A stretch of 54,876 nucleotides of DNA from a virus. Its lineage: Duplodnaviria; Caudoviricetes. The translations under genes were made by a program, and so were the position numbers. The notes under the pieces are model-generated. The model had not been told where the DNA came from. It did no database searches and was given only the letters and a program-made list of their open reading frames with translations. This document shows, one piece after another, positions 7,118 to 16,319 of this stretch (positions are counted from its first letter, which is position 1; each line of letters begins with the position of its first letter). The stretch lies in IMG/VR virus record IMGVR_UViG_3300035126_000263, positions 1 to 54,876 of that record, one strand, 5' to 3'.

Positions 7118-9613
7118 ATGCTTTCCGTAGGTAACGACCAATTTTCACTTGCTGTTTTAGATCAAGATGGCAAACCACCCGAAACGCGAATCTCCAACGC
7201 GAACCACGCTTGGAACATAGCAAATCATTTGCGACTCGCTAACATCGGGCGTGAGAATAAGCGTTTACGTATATACAAAGCATACAAATCTTTCCCCCCT
7301 ACAGGATACAGCAAGCTTGCCGAAAAACGTTTGCCTTGGCAATCTGACGTTAACTATGGACAACTTAGTTTTATTGTTGATAACCAGAAGTCCAGTTACT
7401 ACGATGTAATTACGGAACGGCAGGCTTGCTGCACGATCAAAAGTAAATTTGGCAATGAAAAAGAACGCCTCGTTAACTCAGAGAACATTGCAATTGCATT
7501 TGACCAAGCAATCCGTGAATGGCCCGGATACCTCTACAACACAGAGCAAGACCTTGAGGAAATGTTGCTGTATGGAAAAGGAATTGGAATGTGGGATAGC
7601 CCACTCGGATGGATGCCAGAACACGTTTACCTCTCCGACCTTCTTTTTCCAGATGACATTAGGATTGACTTTTGCAACCTTGAAGAGTTTGTGCGCCGTG
7701 TCCGTTTGACACCATACGAACTCTACAAGAAGATCGAGAATCGTGCAGCGGCAGAAGCAATGGGATGGAATGTGGACGCAGCAATTGATGCTATCCGTTT
7801 CCATCGTGCATTCAGCAACCATCGTAAGACCCGTGAAGATTTCTTCCGCACGATTAGCGAATCTGGATTCAACTGGTCACTCTCCGTAAACCAAAAGATC
7901 GACCTCTACGAAGTTTACTGGAGGGAGTTCGACGGAAAGATCAGCAAGGCGATTATCCTTCAAGACTATCAACCAATCTCGGATTACATCAACTCCAATA
8001 TCAAAGGAGCAGGCAAGATCAGCGAAGATGACATCAGAACCCAGCACGGGTTTATGATGCTCAAGGTAGGACTCTTCAACTCATGGGATGAAATCATGTA
8101 TATGCTCACCGATTCGGTTGGCAGCGGACTCTTCCAAGACATCAAGAGCCAAGCGGAGTCGGCGTTCGTCGCCTGCCGTCAGTATGACTTCACGATGAAC
8201 TCGCTGGTTGATGCAGTGCGCCTCAACTCCATGTTGATGATCGAAGGGCAAGGGCCAGACGCAACTAAGATGTTGAAGCAGATGGAATGGTTGCCGATCA
8301 GCGTCATGCCAGACGGGGCGAAGTTCATCCAGAACCGCTTCCAGCTTCCAGTAGCAGAAAGCATGAGCTTCATGCAGTTCTTCATGGGAGATATGTATCG
8401 CGGAATGGGTCAGTATCGCATCAACGCTCCTACTGCTGGAGGAAAGCAACGCACTAAAGGTGAAGCTGAATTGGATGCGGCTGAGTCAGCTAAACTATCT
8501 GGAACTCAGATTCGTCGATTCAACGAGTGTCAAACTCTCTACTTCAAACAACTCTACAAACGCTTCGTAAACGCAAAGTCCAGCGATGATGGATACGAAT
8601 ATGTGAAGAAGTTCTATGAAGTATTGGAAGAACTCGGCACTCCGAAAGAAGCCGCTGCTTGGAAGAACATCACAAGCATCCGTTCTAACCTCATCAACGG
8701 GGCTGGCAGTCCGTCATTCAAGCTCATCACGGCAGAGAAGCTATTGAGCATTACAGCAATTACTCCAGCCAATGAAGGGCAAGAGAACGCAGTTAAAGAT
8801 GCAATCGCGGCACTCTCTGGCAGGGACAACGTAGCTCGTTACCGGAATACCAAACCAACAAAGATTACTGATACTGCTCGCGTAATTGGATTTGAGAATG
8901 CTGGCATGACAGATGCGTTCGTTAACCCTCAAAACTTCCCAGTATTGCCAACTGATCCACATATCGAACACGCAGTTGGTCACTTGCAGGACATGATGAT
9001 GCAGTTGCAGATGAACCTGCAATCCGTGCAACAAGGTCAACCAGAGCTTGCAGAACTTTCCAAAGCAGTCCGCTCAGTCAAATTCAAGGGTGGTCACATC
9101 ATGGCGCACGTTGAATATATCAGTAAAGACCAATCCAAGCAGGACTTCTTGAAGCAATTCATGCAGGGAATGAATGAAGCGCAAGCGATGGCCGACGAAC
9201 TTCAACAAGTTTACGTCCAAATGGCTGAAGCTGAAGCTCAGAAATCTGGTCAACCTAACTCCGAGGAAGACATTAAACTTCAATACCTTGCTGCTAAATC
9301 TGGCATCGAAATCGACACCAAGAAGAAGCTTGCTGACATCTCGATTGGCAAGGCTTCTATCAGTCACGCTCAACGCACCGAGCAGCGTAAGGAGCAAGGC
9401 ATCACTCAACTCGCACTTCAGAAGGCTAAAGCTCGCGCTGAAATTCAAAAAGAGAAATCAAAGCAAGCAGCAATGCAAGGCAAAGCTCCAGAGATGGAAG
9501 AGCCAAAGATGGAAGAAGAACCAGAAGAAATGGAGACTGAAACCGAAGAGGTTGATACTCCAGAAGAAACTGAAGAAGTTGAGATGGAAAATAATATCAC
9601 ACCAATGCAATGA
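7118..9613 (+). CDS. Portal protein
   Basis: 831 aa, lies between terL and scaffold/capsid; LLYGKGIG segment, Q-rich helical barrel and acidic tail as in P22-like portals. Confidence 0.75.
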   Translation: MLSVGNDQFSLAVLDQDGKPPETRISNANHAWNIANHLRLANIGRENKRLRIYKAYKSFPPTGYSKLAEKRLPWQSDVNYGQLSFIVDNQKSSYYDVITERQACCTIKSKFGNEKERLVNSENIAIAFDQAIREWPGYLYNTEQDLEEMLLYGKGIGMWDSPLGWMPEHVYLSDLLFPDDIRIDFCNLEEFVRRVRLTPYELYKKIENRAAAEAMGWNVDAAIDAIRFHRAFSNHRKTREDFFRTISESGFNWSLSVNQKIDLYEVYWREFDGKISKAIILQDYQPISDYINSNIKGAGKISEDDIRTQHGFMMLKVGLFNSWDEIMYMLTDSVGSGLFQDIKSQAESAFVACRQYDFTMNSLVDAVRLNSMLMIEGQGPDATKMLKQMEWLPISVMPDGAKFIQNRFQLPVAESMSFMQFFMGDMYRGMGQYRINAPTAGGKQRTKGEAELDAAESAKLSGTQIRRFNECQTLYFKQLYKRFVNAKSSDDGYEYVKKFYEVLEELGTPKEAAAWKNITSIRSNLINGAGSPSFKLITAEKLLSITAITPANEGQENAVKDAIAALSGRDNVARYRNTKPTKITDTARVIGFENAGMTDAFVNPQNFPVLPTDPHIEHAVGHLQDMMMQLQMNLQSVQQGQPELAELSKAVRSVKFKGGHIMAHVEYISKDQSKQDFLKQFMQGMNEAQAMADELQQVYVQMAEAEAQKSGQPNSEEDIKLQYLAAKSGIEIDTKKKLADISIGKASISHAQRTEQRKEQGITQLALQKAKARAEIQKEKSKQAAMQGKAPEMEEPKMEEEPEEMETETEEVDTPEETEEVEMENNITPMQ

Positions 9614-9855
9614 CAACCGAAAAAGTAAAATCCCTATGCGCGGCAATAACCTCACACGAAGACTGGAACAAACTACAGGCGTATCTGCTGCTTAACGTAA
9701 ACCCACCAGAAGGAGTAACCACGCTTATCCATGCAATCAAAACTATTGATGCTATTGGAACGGAAGAGCAAGGAGCATTCAAAAAAACAAAAGTTGCTGG
9801 AAAGCATAAAGAGCCAGCGGACATCACTGTTGACCCAGACCTCGACGAAATCTAA
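9610..9855 (+). CDS. Hypothetical head-module protein
   Basis: ATGA-coupled to portal. Confidence 0.7.
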   Translation: MTTEKVKSLCAAITSHEDWNKLQAYLLLNVNPPEGVTTLIHAIKTIDAIGTEEQGAFKKTKVAGKHKEPADITVDPDLDEI

Positions 9856-9858
9856 TTT

Positions 9859-11142
9859 ATGGCAGACACAAACGACACAGCAGACGTAATCGCGGAACTG
9901 AAATCCAAACCTCAAGTTCCGATTAAAGGTAACACATCTGACTTCCTCAAGAAGTTCAGTAAACAACAATCCGACGAAGGCAAGCCAAGTGCTACCAATG
10001 TTGGTGATCCTAACCTTGGAATAGCAAAATACAATGAAGAAGAACAATCAGAAGAATCAATGGGAGTTAGTGAGTCAGAAATCACATCTGACCGAACAGG
10101 AAAAAAGAAAGGCTTTGTTGAGCGACAAATCGAAGAAAACCGCAAGCTCAAAGAAGAGTTGGAAAAATACAAGAAAGACGAAATTCCCAAGTTTGAAACC
10201 AAAATCCAAGAACTTGAGCGAATGGTTTCCGAGTCAAAATCGACGGCAGAAACCAATCATTACCAAGATCAACTCAACAAAGCCAACCAAGAAAAGCTGG
10301 AAGTTGAGCAACAACTATCAGAACAAATCAAAGAGTTGCGTAGTAAGCTCGATTTCCACGACATCACAAGCAATCCAGATTTCAAAAAGAATTACCTCGA
10401 TCCTATCAAAAGCACATACGATACTGCGAGGCAGTTGCTATCGAATGATCCAACGCTTCTTTCAACTTTCTCCCGTGCTGTTAATGCAAACGCCTCCATC
10501 TTCAATTCGGCCTCCGAAGAAGACCGTAGAGCGGCAGAAGCCGACCGCGATCAAGCGTTCGAAGAAATCACGAACTCGCTCTCGCAGTTCAAGCAATATC
10601 AGTTCGCAGAGCAAGTCAACAGCTTCATCAAAGCAACTCAAAGCCACCATTCAGCTCTTGTCAACTTTGAAGAAACCAAGCAGAATATACTTCAAACCGC
10701 TAAACAAAAAGAGCAAGAAGGCAGGAACAAGTATCTGAACCAGTGGCGTGAAGGCTACAAGAATACTCAGCAAGAGATTGATCGGGCGACTGAAATCCCA
10801 GATACGATTGCTGACTACATGAAGGAGAAGGGAATCAAGTATGACATCTCCCGCGACGAGGCTATTGCTTTGGCGGCTACCCAGCAGACCAATGAGCAGG
10901 CATCAGTTGAAGACATGAACCGACTGATCCACCAAGGCCGCGCCTATCAGAAGATTCAAGCACAACTGAAAGCATACCAAGAGATGGTAAAAGAAAAAGA
11001 TGAGTATATCGCACAACTAAAAGGTTCGTCGCGCATCTCATCATCATCAAGTGCATCGGATTTCCAGAAACCAAGAATGAGCATTACGGAAGGACTGGCT
11101 GCTAAACTTGCGAAATTCTCACCGCAAGGTCGAACAGCATAA
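9859..11142 (+). CDS. Putative capsid scaffolding protein
   Basis: Charged coiled-coil 427-aa protein immediately upstream of the major capsid gene. Confidence 0.65.
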   Translation: MADTNDTADVIAELKSKPQVPIKGNTSDFLKKFSKQQSDEGKPSATNVGDPNLGIAKYNEEEQSEESMGVSESEITSDRTGKKKGFVERQIEENRKLKEELEKYKKDEIPKFETKIQELERMVSESKSTAETNHYQDQLNKANQEKLEVEQQLSEQIKELRSKLDFHDITSNPDFKKNYLDPIKSTYDTARQLLSNDPTLLSTFSRAVNANASIFNSASEEDRRAAEADRDQAFEEITNSLSQFKQYQFAEQVNSFIKATQSHHSALVNFEETKQNILQTAKQKEQEGRNKYLNQWREGYKNTQQEIDRATEIPDTIADYMKEKGIKYDISRDEAIALAATQQTNEQASVEDMNRLIHQGRAYQKIQAQLKAYQEMVKEKDEYIAQLKGSSRISSSSSASDFQKPRMSITEGLAAKLAKFSPQGRTA

Positions 11143-11169
11143 GCCTTACATTCTAAAGTCTGGCATAGA

Positions 11170-11214
11170 TGGGGGAGGTAGTTTGTCGCTGTTCTACCTC
11201 CCCCAATTTTTTTT
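11170..11214 (+). terminator. Rho-independent terminator
   Basis: GGGGGAGGTAG...CTACCTCCCCC followed by T8. Confidence 0.8.
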
Positions 11215-11225
11215 AAAAAAAACTC

Positions 11226-11445
11226 TTGACATAGTAAATAGGTGATTGCAATGTCCAGCGCAAGAGATATACGAAATTATCGTTTACGATAAAATTAGTG
11301 ATTCAGCCGTACTCTGGCTGGCGAGTATCAGCACTCGCATCAAAAGCTGTTTCCGGACTGGTCTTGAAAAAGACACCGAGGGTTGAACTCCGGCTCGAAA
11401 ACAACAAGCATTCGCTTGGGGCTTTCGGGCCTTTTGCGTTTGTAA
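11226..11445 (+). promoter_or_regulatory. Capsid gene promoter, palindrome site and structured 5' leader
   Basis: TTGACA at 11226, palindrome at 11277, consecutive hairpins 11294-11435 with GAAA and UUCG tetraloops. Confidence 0.55.
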
Positions 11446-11494
11446 ACCAAACTAAAACCAAAACCAAAAATCAAACTCAAACAAAATAAATATT

Positions 11495-12907
11495 ATGGCA
11501 TCAGATCAGCTATATTTCAATTCGTGTGCTGAGATTGACAGTTTCTTCCGCGAGGGCCGCGAATATTTCAACGACCTCTACGTTAAGAAGCTCGTCACCA
11601 ACTCTGCATATTTCACCCGTTTCGAGGAGCAAGCATGGCCTCTTAACCACACAACCGAACAGAAAGCATTCCGCTTTGGCCGTGGATTCCACGATCCTTG
11701 CGCTCCTTTCCGCACGATCACCGACACCTACTGCGAGACTGATTCTTGCGATAGCAAACCCGAAGTCATCCAACGCCCCGGAACCGAGAGCTACACTTTC
11801 GAGCTTCTCCGTAAAGAGATGACCACTGACTGGATTTGCGTTGAGAGCCTTCTTTATCGCCTCTTCCCCGCTGAAGAGATTCTCCAGTTCGAGGAGTCGA
11901 ATGCCCGTATCACCAAGAACGTCCACGAAGAGTTCCTTCGTTCCAACTACATCGGTGGTTCTGGACACAAATGGATGGGCATCACCACGGATGACGGCAC
12001 TTACTGCGGACTCGTTGACGATGCAGCATGGTTCGTTCCAGAGCATACGCTCAACAACGAAGCTGGCTACGACCTCTGCGCTCTTCGCGTTAAGATGGCT
12101 CCAGCCGACCTCAACAAGATCGCTTATCTCTCGCTTGATATGCTCGACGATGCACTCGTTGACCTCCAAGACGAAGATGACGCTTTCCGTCTTGATCTCC
12201 AAGATGCGACTGGTCAGCCTCTGCTCGACATCGTTATCCCTGATCCTCAAGTTGGCCGTGCGCTTTACTTCCAAGCCAAGCGCAACAATGGTTACTGGGA
12301 TGCTAACACGGATTTCGACGAGCGTCTCACCCGTTTGAAGCTCGGCATCAATCGTATCATCGGTGACTACGCCTTTGGTTACGACATCAATGCCGCTCGT
12401 TTCAACGCTGACACTGCCTTCAACGCAAGCCTCGCTCCATTCAATGAAGCTGATCCTGCGACATGGGCGCGTCTCGTCCGCGTTCCTCGCTACATCAAAG
12501 TGGTGATGGAAAACGGCTGCTCGTATGTTCCTAACAAAGCCTACCGCAATGCCGACTTCGGTATCTCGGTTGCTATGGTCAACAAAGCAATGTGCAAATG
12601 GACAATGCCATCCTCGACTGGATACGGCCAAGCCCAACAGATGACCCAGAACTACGCTGGTGATTGGGAATGGAAGAACCCAGATTGGGAGTGCAACCGC
12701 TGGCGCAAATCGGGCTTCTATCAAGCCCAGTTCCGTCTCGCCGCACAGGTCAAAGACCCAACCATCATGCACTCGTTCCTGCATCGCCTGCCTAAGAGCA
12801 AGAACCTCTATGGTTCCTGCTGCCCAGTTCAGAGCTACATCGTTCCTGAAAACAATCAGGACTGCTATAGCTGCGCTGGTGTGGGTGACATCGTTGTGCC
12901 TTCCTAA
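11495..12907 (+). CDS. Major capsid protein
   Basis: 470 aa after the scaffold gene, strongly biased codon usage, own leader and downstream hairpin. Confidence 0.75.
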   Translation: MASDQLYFNSCAEIDSFFREGREYFNDLYVKKLVTNSAYFTRFEEQAWPLNHTTEQKAFRFGRGFHDPCAPFRTITDTYCETDSCDSKPEVIQRPGTESYTFELLRKEMTTDWICVESLLYRLFPAEEILQFEESNARITKNVHEEFLRSNYIGGSGHKWMGITTDDGTYCGLVDDAAWFVPEHTLNNEAGYDLCALRVKMAPADLNKIAYLSLDMLDDALVDLQDEDDAFRLDLQDATGQPLLDIVIPDPQVGRALYFQAKRNNGYWDANTDFDERLTRLKLGINRIIGDYAFGYDINAARFNADTAFNASLAPFNEADPATWARLVRVPRYIKVVMENGCSYVPNKAYRNADFGISVAMVNKAMCKWTMPSSTGYGQAQQMTQNYAGDWEWKNPDWECNRWRKSGFYQAQFRLAAQVKDPTIMHSFLHRLPKSKNLYGSCCPVQSYIVPENNQDCYSCAGVGDIVVPS

Positions 12908-12967
12908 GTTAAATAGGGGAGGGGCTTATTCAAGCCTCTCCCCACAACCTTAAATAAAATACAAAAT

Positions 12968-13582
12968 ATGTCTAATTCACGACCACTCGCTTATGATCGC
13001 GTCAACCTGTTTGGCCCGATTGCCGTTAACCTTCTCGCTACTGGAGACGCTGACCTCCTCGTCCTTAACGACGAAGACACTAAGTTCTTTCCAACAAGCA
13101 TCGTTCTGGAAACTGCCTACGCTCGCGGAACTACTGCCACCGATCCAGTTGTGATCGTTGACAACGGAACTACTGGCGAAAACATCACTTCCTCGCTGAC
13201 CATCACGGACGCTCTTGATAACCAAGGACGCTATAACCCAATGGCACTTGTGGCTAATCCATTCGTCATTACTGGTTCTGGCAAACTTCGCTTGGTGAAA
13301 TCCACTGTTGGTGCTGGTCAAGCTACTGCAACTCGTTCCCGCACTTCGGGCGTTGCTACAATCGTTACCGCCGCTGCTCATGGCTTTGCCACGGGCGACA
13401 CGATCACGATTGCCAGCATGACTGATACTTCGTTCAACGACGTGCAGGCTGAAGTTACAGTTGTTAACTCAACTACCTTCACCTATGCGAACGCTGGTGT
13501 GAATGTTGCTTCCGGTGCTGATACTGCTGGACGTGTTGGCGCACTTTACGTGAATGCCTACGTTGTTGGCATCTACTACTAA
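12968..13582 (+). CDS. Putative capsid decoration/minor head protein
   Basis: Thr/Ala/Gly-rich beta protein right after the capsid gene, same codon bias; ATIVTAAAHGFATGDTITIA motif. Confidence 0.55.
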   Translation: MSNSRPLAYDRVNLFGPIAVNLLATGDADLLVLNDEDTKFFPTSIVLETAYARGTTATDPVVIVDNGTTGENITSSLTITDALDNQGRYNPMALVANPFVITGSGKLRLVKSTVGAGQATATRSRTSGVATIVTAAAHGFATGDTITIASMTDTSFNDVQAEVTVVNSTTFTYANAGVNVASGADTAGRVGALYVNAYVVGIYY

Positions 13583-13593
13583 ACCTCAACCTT

Positions 13594-13634
13594 GGGTGGG
13601 GAAGTAAATACTTCCTCACCCTCACCACTTTTTC
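13594..13634 (+). terminator. Probable terminator
   Basis: GGGTGGGGAAGTA-AA-TACTTCCTCACCC then T-run. Confidence 0.55.
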
Positions 13635-13640
13635 TAAATT

Positions 13641-13934
13641 ATGGCTTGCTTTACTGATATCGATTACCGCAATAAATCTTATCCACTGCTTCTGACAATT
13701 GCCGCAAAAGCCGCTGAAATAAATAGTTCTTACAATGGCCCTGTTTCTTATGGCTGCTTTGATTCCATGAGTGATGAGGCTAAACTATATCAATTTTACT
13801 TTGCACTTCAAAATATTGCTGAACAAGGATCAGTTACCGAAAATTGTTTTGTTCAAAAAACTCCAGATCAGCAATTGTTTTTATTTAATAGCTCAATTGA
13901 AAATGTTTTGAATTTAATCCCAATTGGTGGTTAA
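13641..13934 (+). CDS. Hypothetical virion protein with three CF-containing helical repeats
   Basis: ACF.., GCF.., NCF.. repeats about 30-36 aa apart. Confidence 0.7.
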   Translation: MACFTDIDYRNKSYPLLLTIAAKAAEINSSYNGPVSYGCFDSMSDEAKLYQFYFALQNIAEQGSVTENCFVQKTPDQQLFLFNSSIENVLNLIPIGG

Positions 13935-13956
13935 TTATCGTAACCGATAAAATATT

Positions 13957-16029
13957 ATGCCGACTGATTCACAGTTCTTAGATGGAACAAGCGATATTCA
14001 ACGCCTTGCTATTTTGCGAGCGGCAGAAGCGCAAGGAACATACATTAGTCCACTAACTGACGCTTGTTTCAAAGATGCAACTGAAGATGTTCAGAGGCTT
14101 GAAATTCTTCGTGCTATTGAAGGCATATCTGGCGGTGGAGGTGGATCAGGAACTGTTACAAGCATAACTGGTGGAACTGGACTTACTGGTGGAACAATTA
14201 CCACTTCTGGAACACTTGCTGTTAGCTATGGCACTACTGCTGGAACAGCTTGCCAAGGCAATGATTCTCGACTTTCGGACGATCGCATTCCGACTGGTTC
14301 TGCTGGCGGCGATTTGACTGGGACATACCCAAATCCAACTGTTGATGGATTGCAGGGAACTCCGGTAAGCAATGCAACGCCAGTCAATGGACAAGTATTG
14401 CAATACAATGGAACAAGTTGGGTTCCGGGAACTATTCCTACCGGTGGTTCTGGTGGTGGTGGAGTTATCTACTACCTCAACTTCAATACGGCGGCAGACA
14501 CTCCTTTAACCAATATTCCTCAAACTCCAAATGCGACCAAGGAACTTGGAATTGTCGGAGAAACAACAGCGACAAGTTATACCTCCCCTATTCTTTCTAC
14601 TGCGACTTACGACTTTCTCGCATCGTTTGTTACTGATCTCAATGTTCCATCTGCTACAGCAATCCCCGCTGGCATTTGGGATTTCAATATCTTCGTAGAA
14701 TCAACGACTACAAACTCTGCGAACCAAATTCGTTTCAAAGTTGAAGTTTTGAAATATGATGGAGTAAACGCCCCAACGCTCATTGCAACTTCTAACGATG
14801 TTTACATCTACGATCCATCTGAAATCAACCAACAGGTTGCATCGGTGGTAATGCCACAAACTACGATTCTTGCAACTGATCGAATCGTTGTTTATTTGTA
14901 TGGACGGGCGAATCAAAACAACAATCGTCTTACATTCCATTTCGGCGGGAACTATCCATCACATACTCATAGCACAATGCCATCTGTCACAGGAACTGGC
15001 GTTGCAAAAGTAGTCAATGGCGTATTCCAATCACCAGCATCCACGATTGTAAATGCTGACGTGTCTGCAACCGCAGCTATTGAAGTAAGCAAACTTTCTC
15101 AAGCAACCAATCGAATCCTTGGCAGAACAACTGCCGGAACTGGATCAGTAGAAGAGTTGAGTGTTGCAGGCAATCTTACGCTTGCTTCTGGAACATTAAC
15201 TTCATTTTCTCCTCAAATTGACAGATTCGTAGGTTCTGGAACATGGACAAAACCCGCAGGCGCAAAACAAGTTTTATTTGAATGCGTTGCAGGCGGTGGC
15301 GGTGGTGGTGCTGGAATAAAAGTTGCTGCTGCTACAATTTCTTCTGGCGGTGCTGCTGGAGGTTCTGGTGGATATTCCCGTGCAACAATCAATGCTGTTG
15401 ATTTAACAGATGCTACCTATATAGTAACAGTTGGTTCTGGAGGGCTTGGAGGAATTGCTGGTGGTGCAGGTGGAACTTCTGGAACAAATTCATTTGTTGC
15501 TGGTAGCACGCTTGGAACATTTATTTCTTGCCGTAGCGGCGGGGGTGGAGGGAACGGGGCAACTCCCGGCAATTCAACTGGAGCTATTTCGGGACTTCCG
15601 CAGGGAGTTGCTGGAATTTCTGGAACAGCAGGAGCAGCAGGAGGAACAACAGGCTCTGGCGGGTCTGCTAACTTCGGGCCAAGTGCTGGAGGTTCTGGAG
15701 GTGGAACATCTACAACAGCAGCATTTGCAGGAGGGCCGGGTGGGAATAACAGTATATCGGGGTTGCCTACAGCAGCAGCGGGGACACTGGGTGGTGGCGC
15801 GGGCGGCACAGTTACACCAATTAACATCCCATCCCTCATTATAAATGGTGGCGGTGGCGGCGGCGGTGGATCATCAATAACATCAAATGCAGGCGCAGGC
15901 GGCAATGGCACTGGATTTGGTTGTGGTGGTGGAGGAGGAGGTTCTTGCTCCAGCAACACCGCTGGATTTGTGGCAGGAAATGGTGGCGCAGGCGCACCCG
16001 GAATTGTAATGATTACAACATATTTTTAA
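13957..16029 (+). CDS. Fibre protein with glycine-rich C-terminal domain
   Basis: GTVTSITGGTGLTGGTIT, AGGDLTGTYPNP and GSGTWTKPAGAK...GGGGGG motifs typical of phage fibres. Confidence 0.8.
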   Translation: MPTDSQFLDGTSDIQRLAILRAAEAQGTYISPLTDACFKDATEDVQRLEILRAIEGISGGGGGSGTVTSITGGTGLTGGTITTSGTLAVSYGTTAGTACQGNDSRLSDDRIPTGSAGGDLTGTYPNPTVDGLQGTPVSNATPVNGQVLQYNGTSWVPGTIPTGGSGGGGVIYYLNFNTAADTPLTNIPQTPNATKELGIVGETTATSYTSPILSTATYDFLASFVTDLNVPSATAIPAGIWDFNIFVESTTTNSANQIRFKVEVLKYDGVNAPTLIATSNDVYIYDPSEINQQVASVVMPQTTILATDRIVVYLYGRANQNNNRLTFHFGGNYPSHTHSTMPSVTGTGVAKVVNGVFQSPASTIVNADVSATAAIEVSKLSQATNRILGRTTAGTGSVEELSVAGNLTLASGTLTSFSPQIDRFVGSGTWTKPAGAKQVLFECVAGGGGGGAGIKVAAATISSGGAAGGSGGYSRATINAVDLTDATYIVTVGSGGLGGIAGGAGGTSGTNSFVAGSTLGTFISCRSGGGGGNGATPGNSTGAISGLPQGVAGISGTAGAAGGTTGSGGSANFGPSAGGSGGGTSTTAAFAGGPGGNNSISGLPTAAAGTLGGGAGGTVTPINIPSLIINGGGGGGGGSSITSNAGAGGNGTGFGCGGGGGGSCSSNTAGFVAGNGGAGAPGIVMITTYF

Positions 16030-16031
16030 TT

Positions 16032-16247
16032 ATGGAAATCGACGATTGGGCAATAATCAATACGGCAGGCGGATGGCTTGAAATGGTTGTCCGTTGGGAT
16101 GGAAATACCGAAACATGGCCAATTCCAGAAGGAACATATGCAGTTCGCCGTTCAGAAATAAATTTAGATTCCCTTCCATTAAGTCCAGATATTTTAAATG
16201 ATCCAGTCGAGATTTTCGTTGACATCGAAGAAGCTGGATCGTATTAA
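16032..16247 (+). CDS. Small fibre-associated protein/chaperone
   Basis: ATG 16032 just after the fibre stop; WAII...VVRWDG..W..PEG pattern seen after Gly-rich fibres. Confidence 0.6.
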   Translation: MEIDDWAIINTAGGWLEMVVRWDGNTETWPIPEGTYAVRRSEINLDSLPLSPDILNDPVEIFVDIEEAGSY

Positions 16248-16319
16248 CACTTTTATTGTTGAGGAATCAACATTAAAAAACAAAAACACAAAAACTAAAC
16301 TAAACAACATAAACTAATT

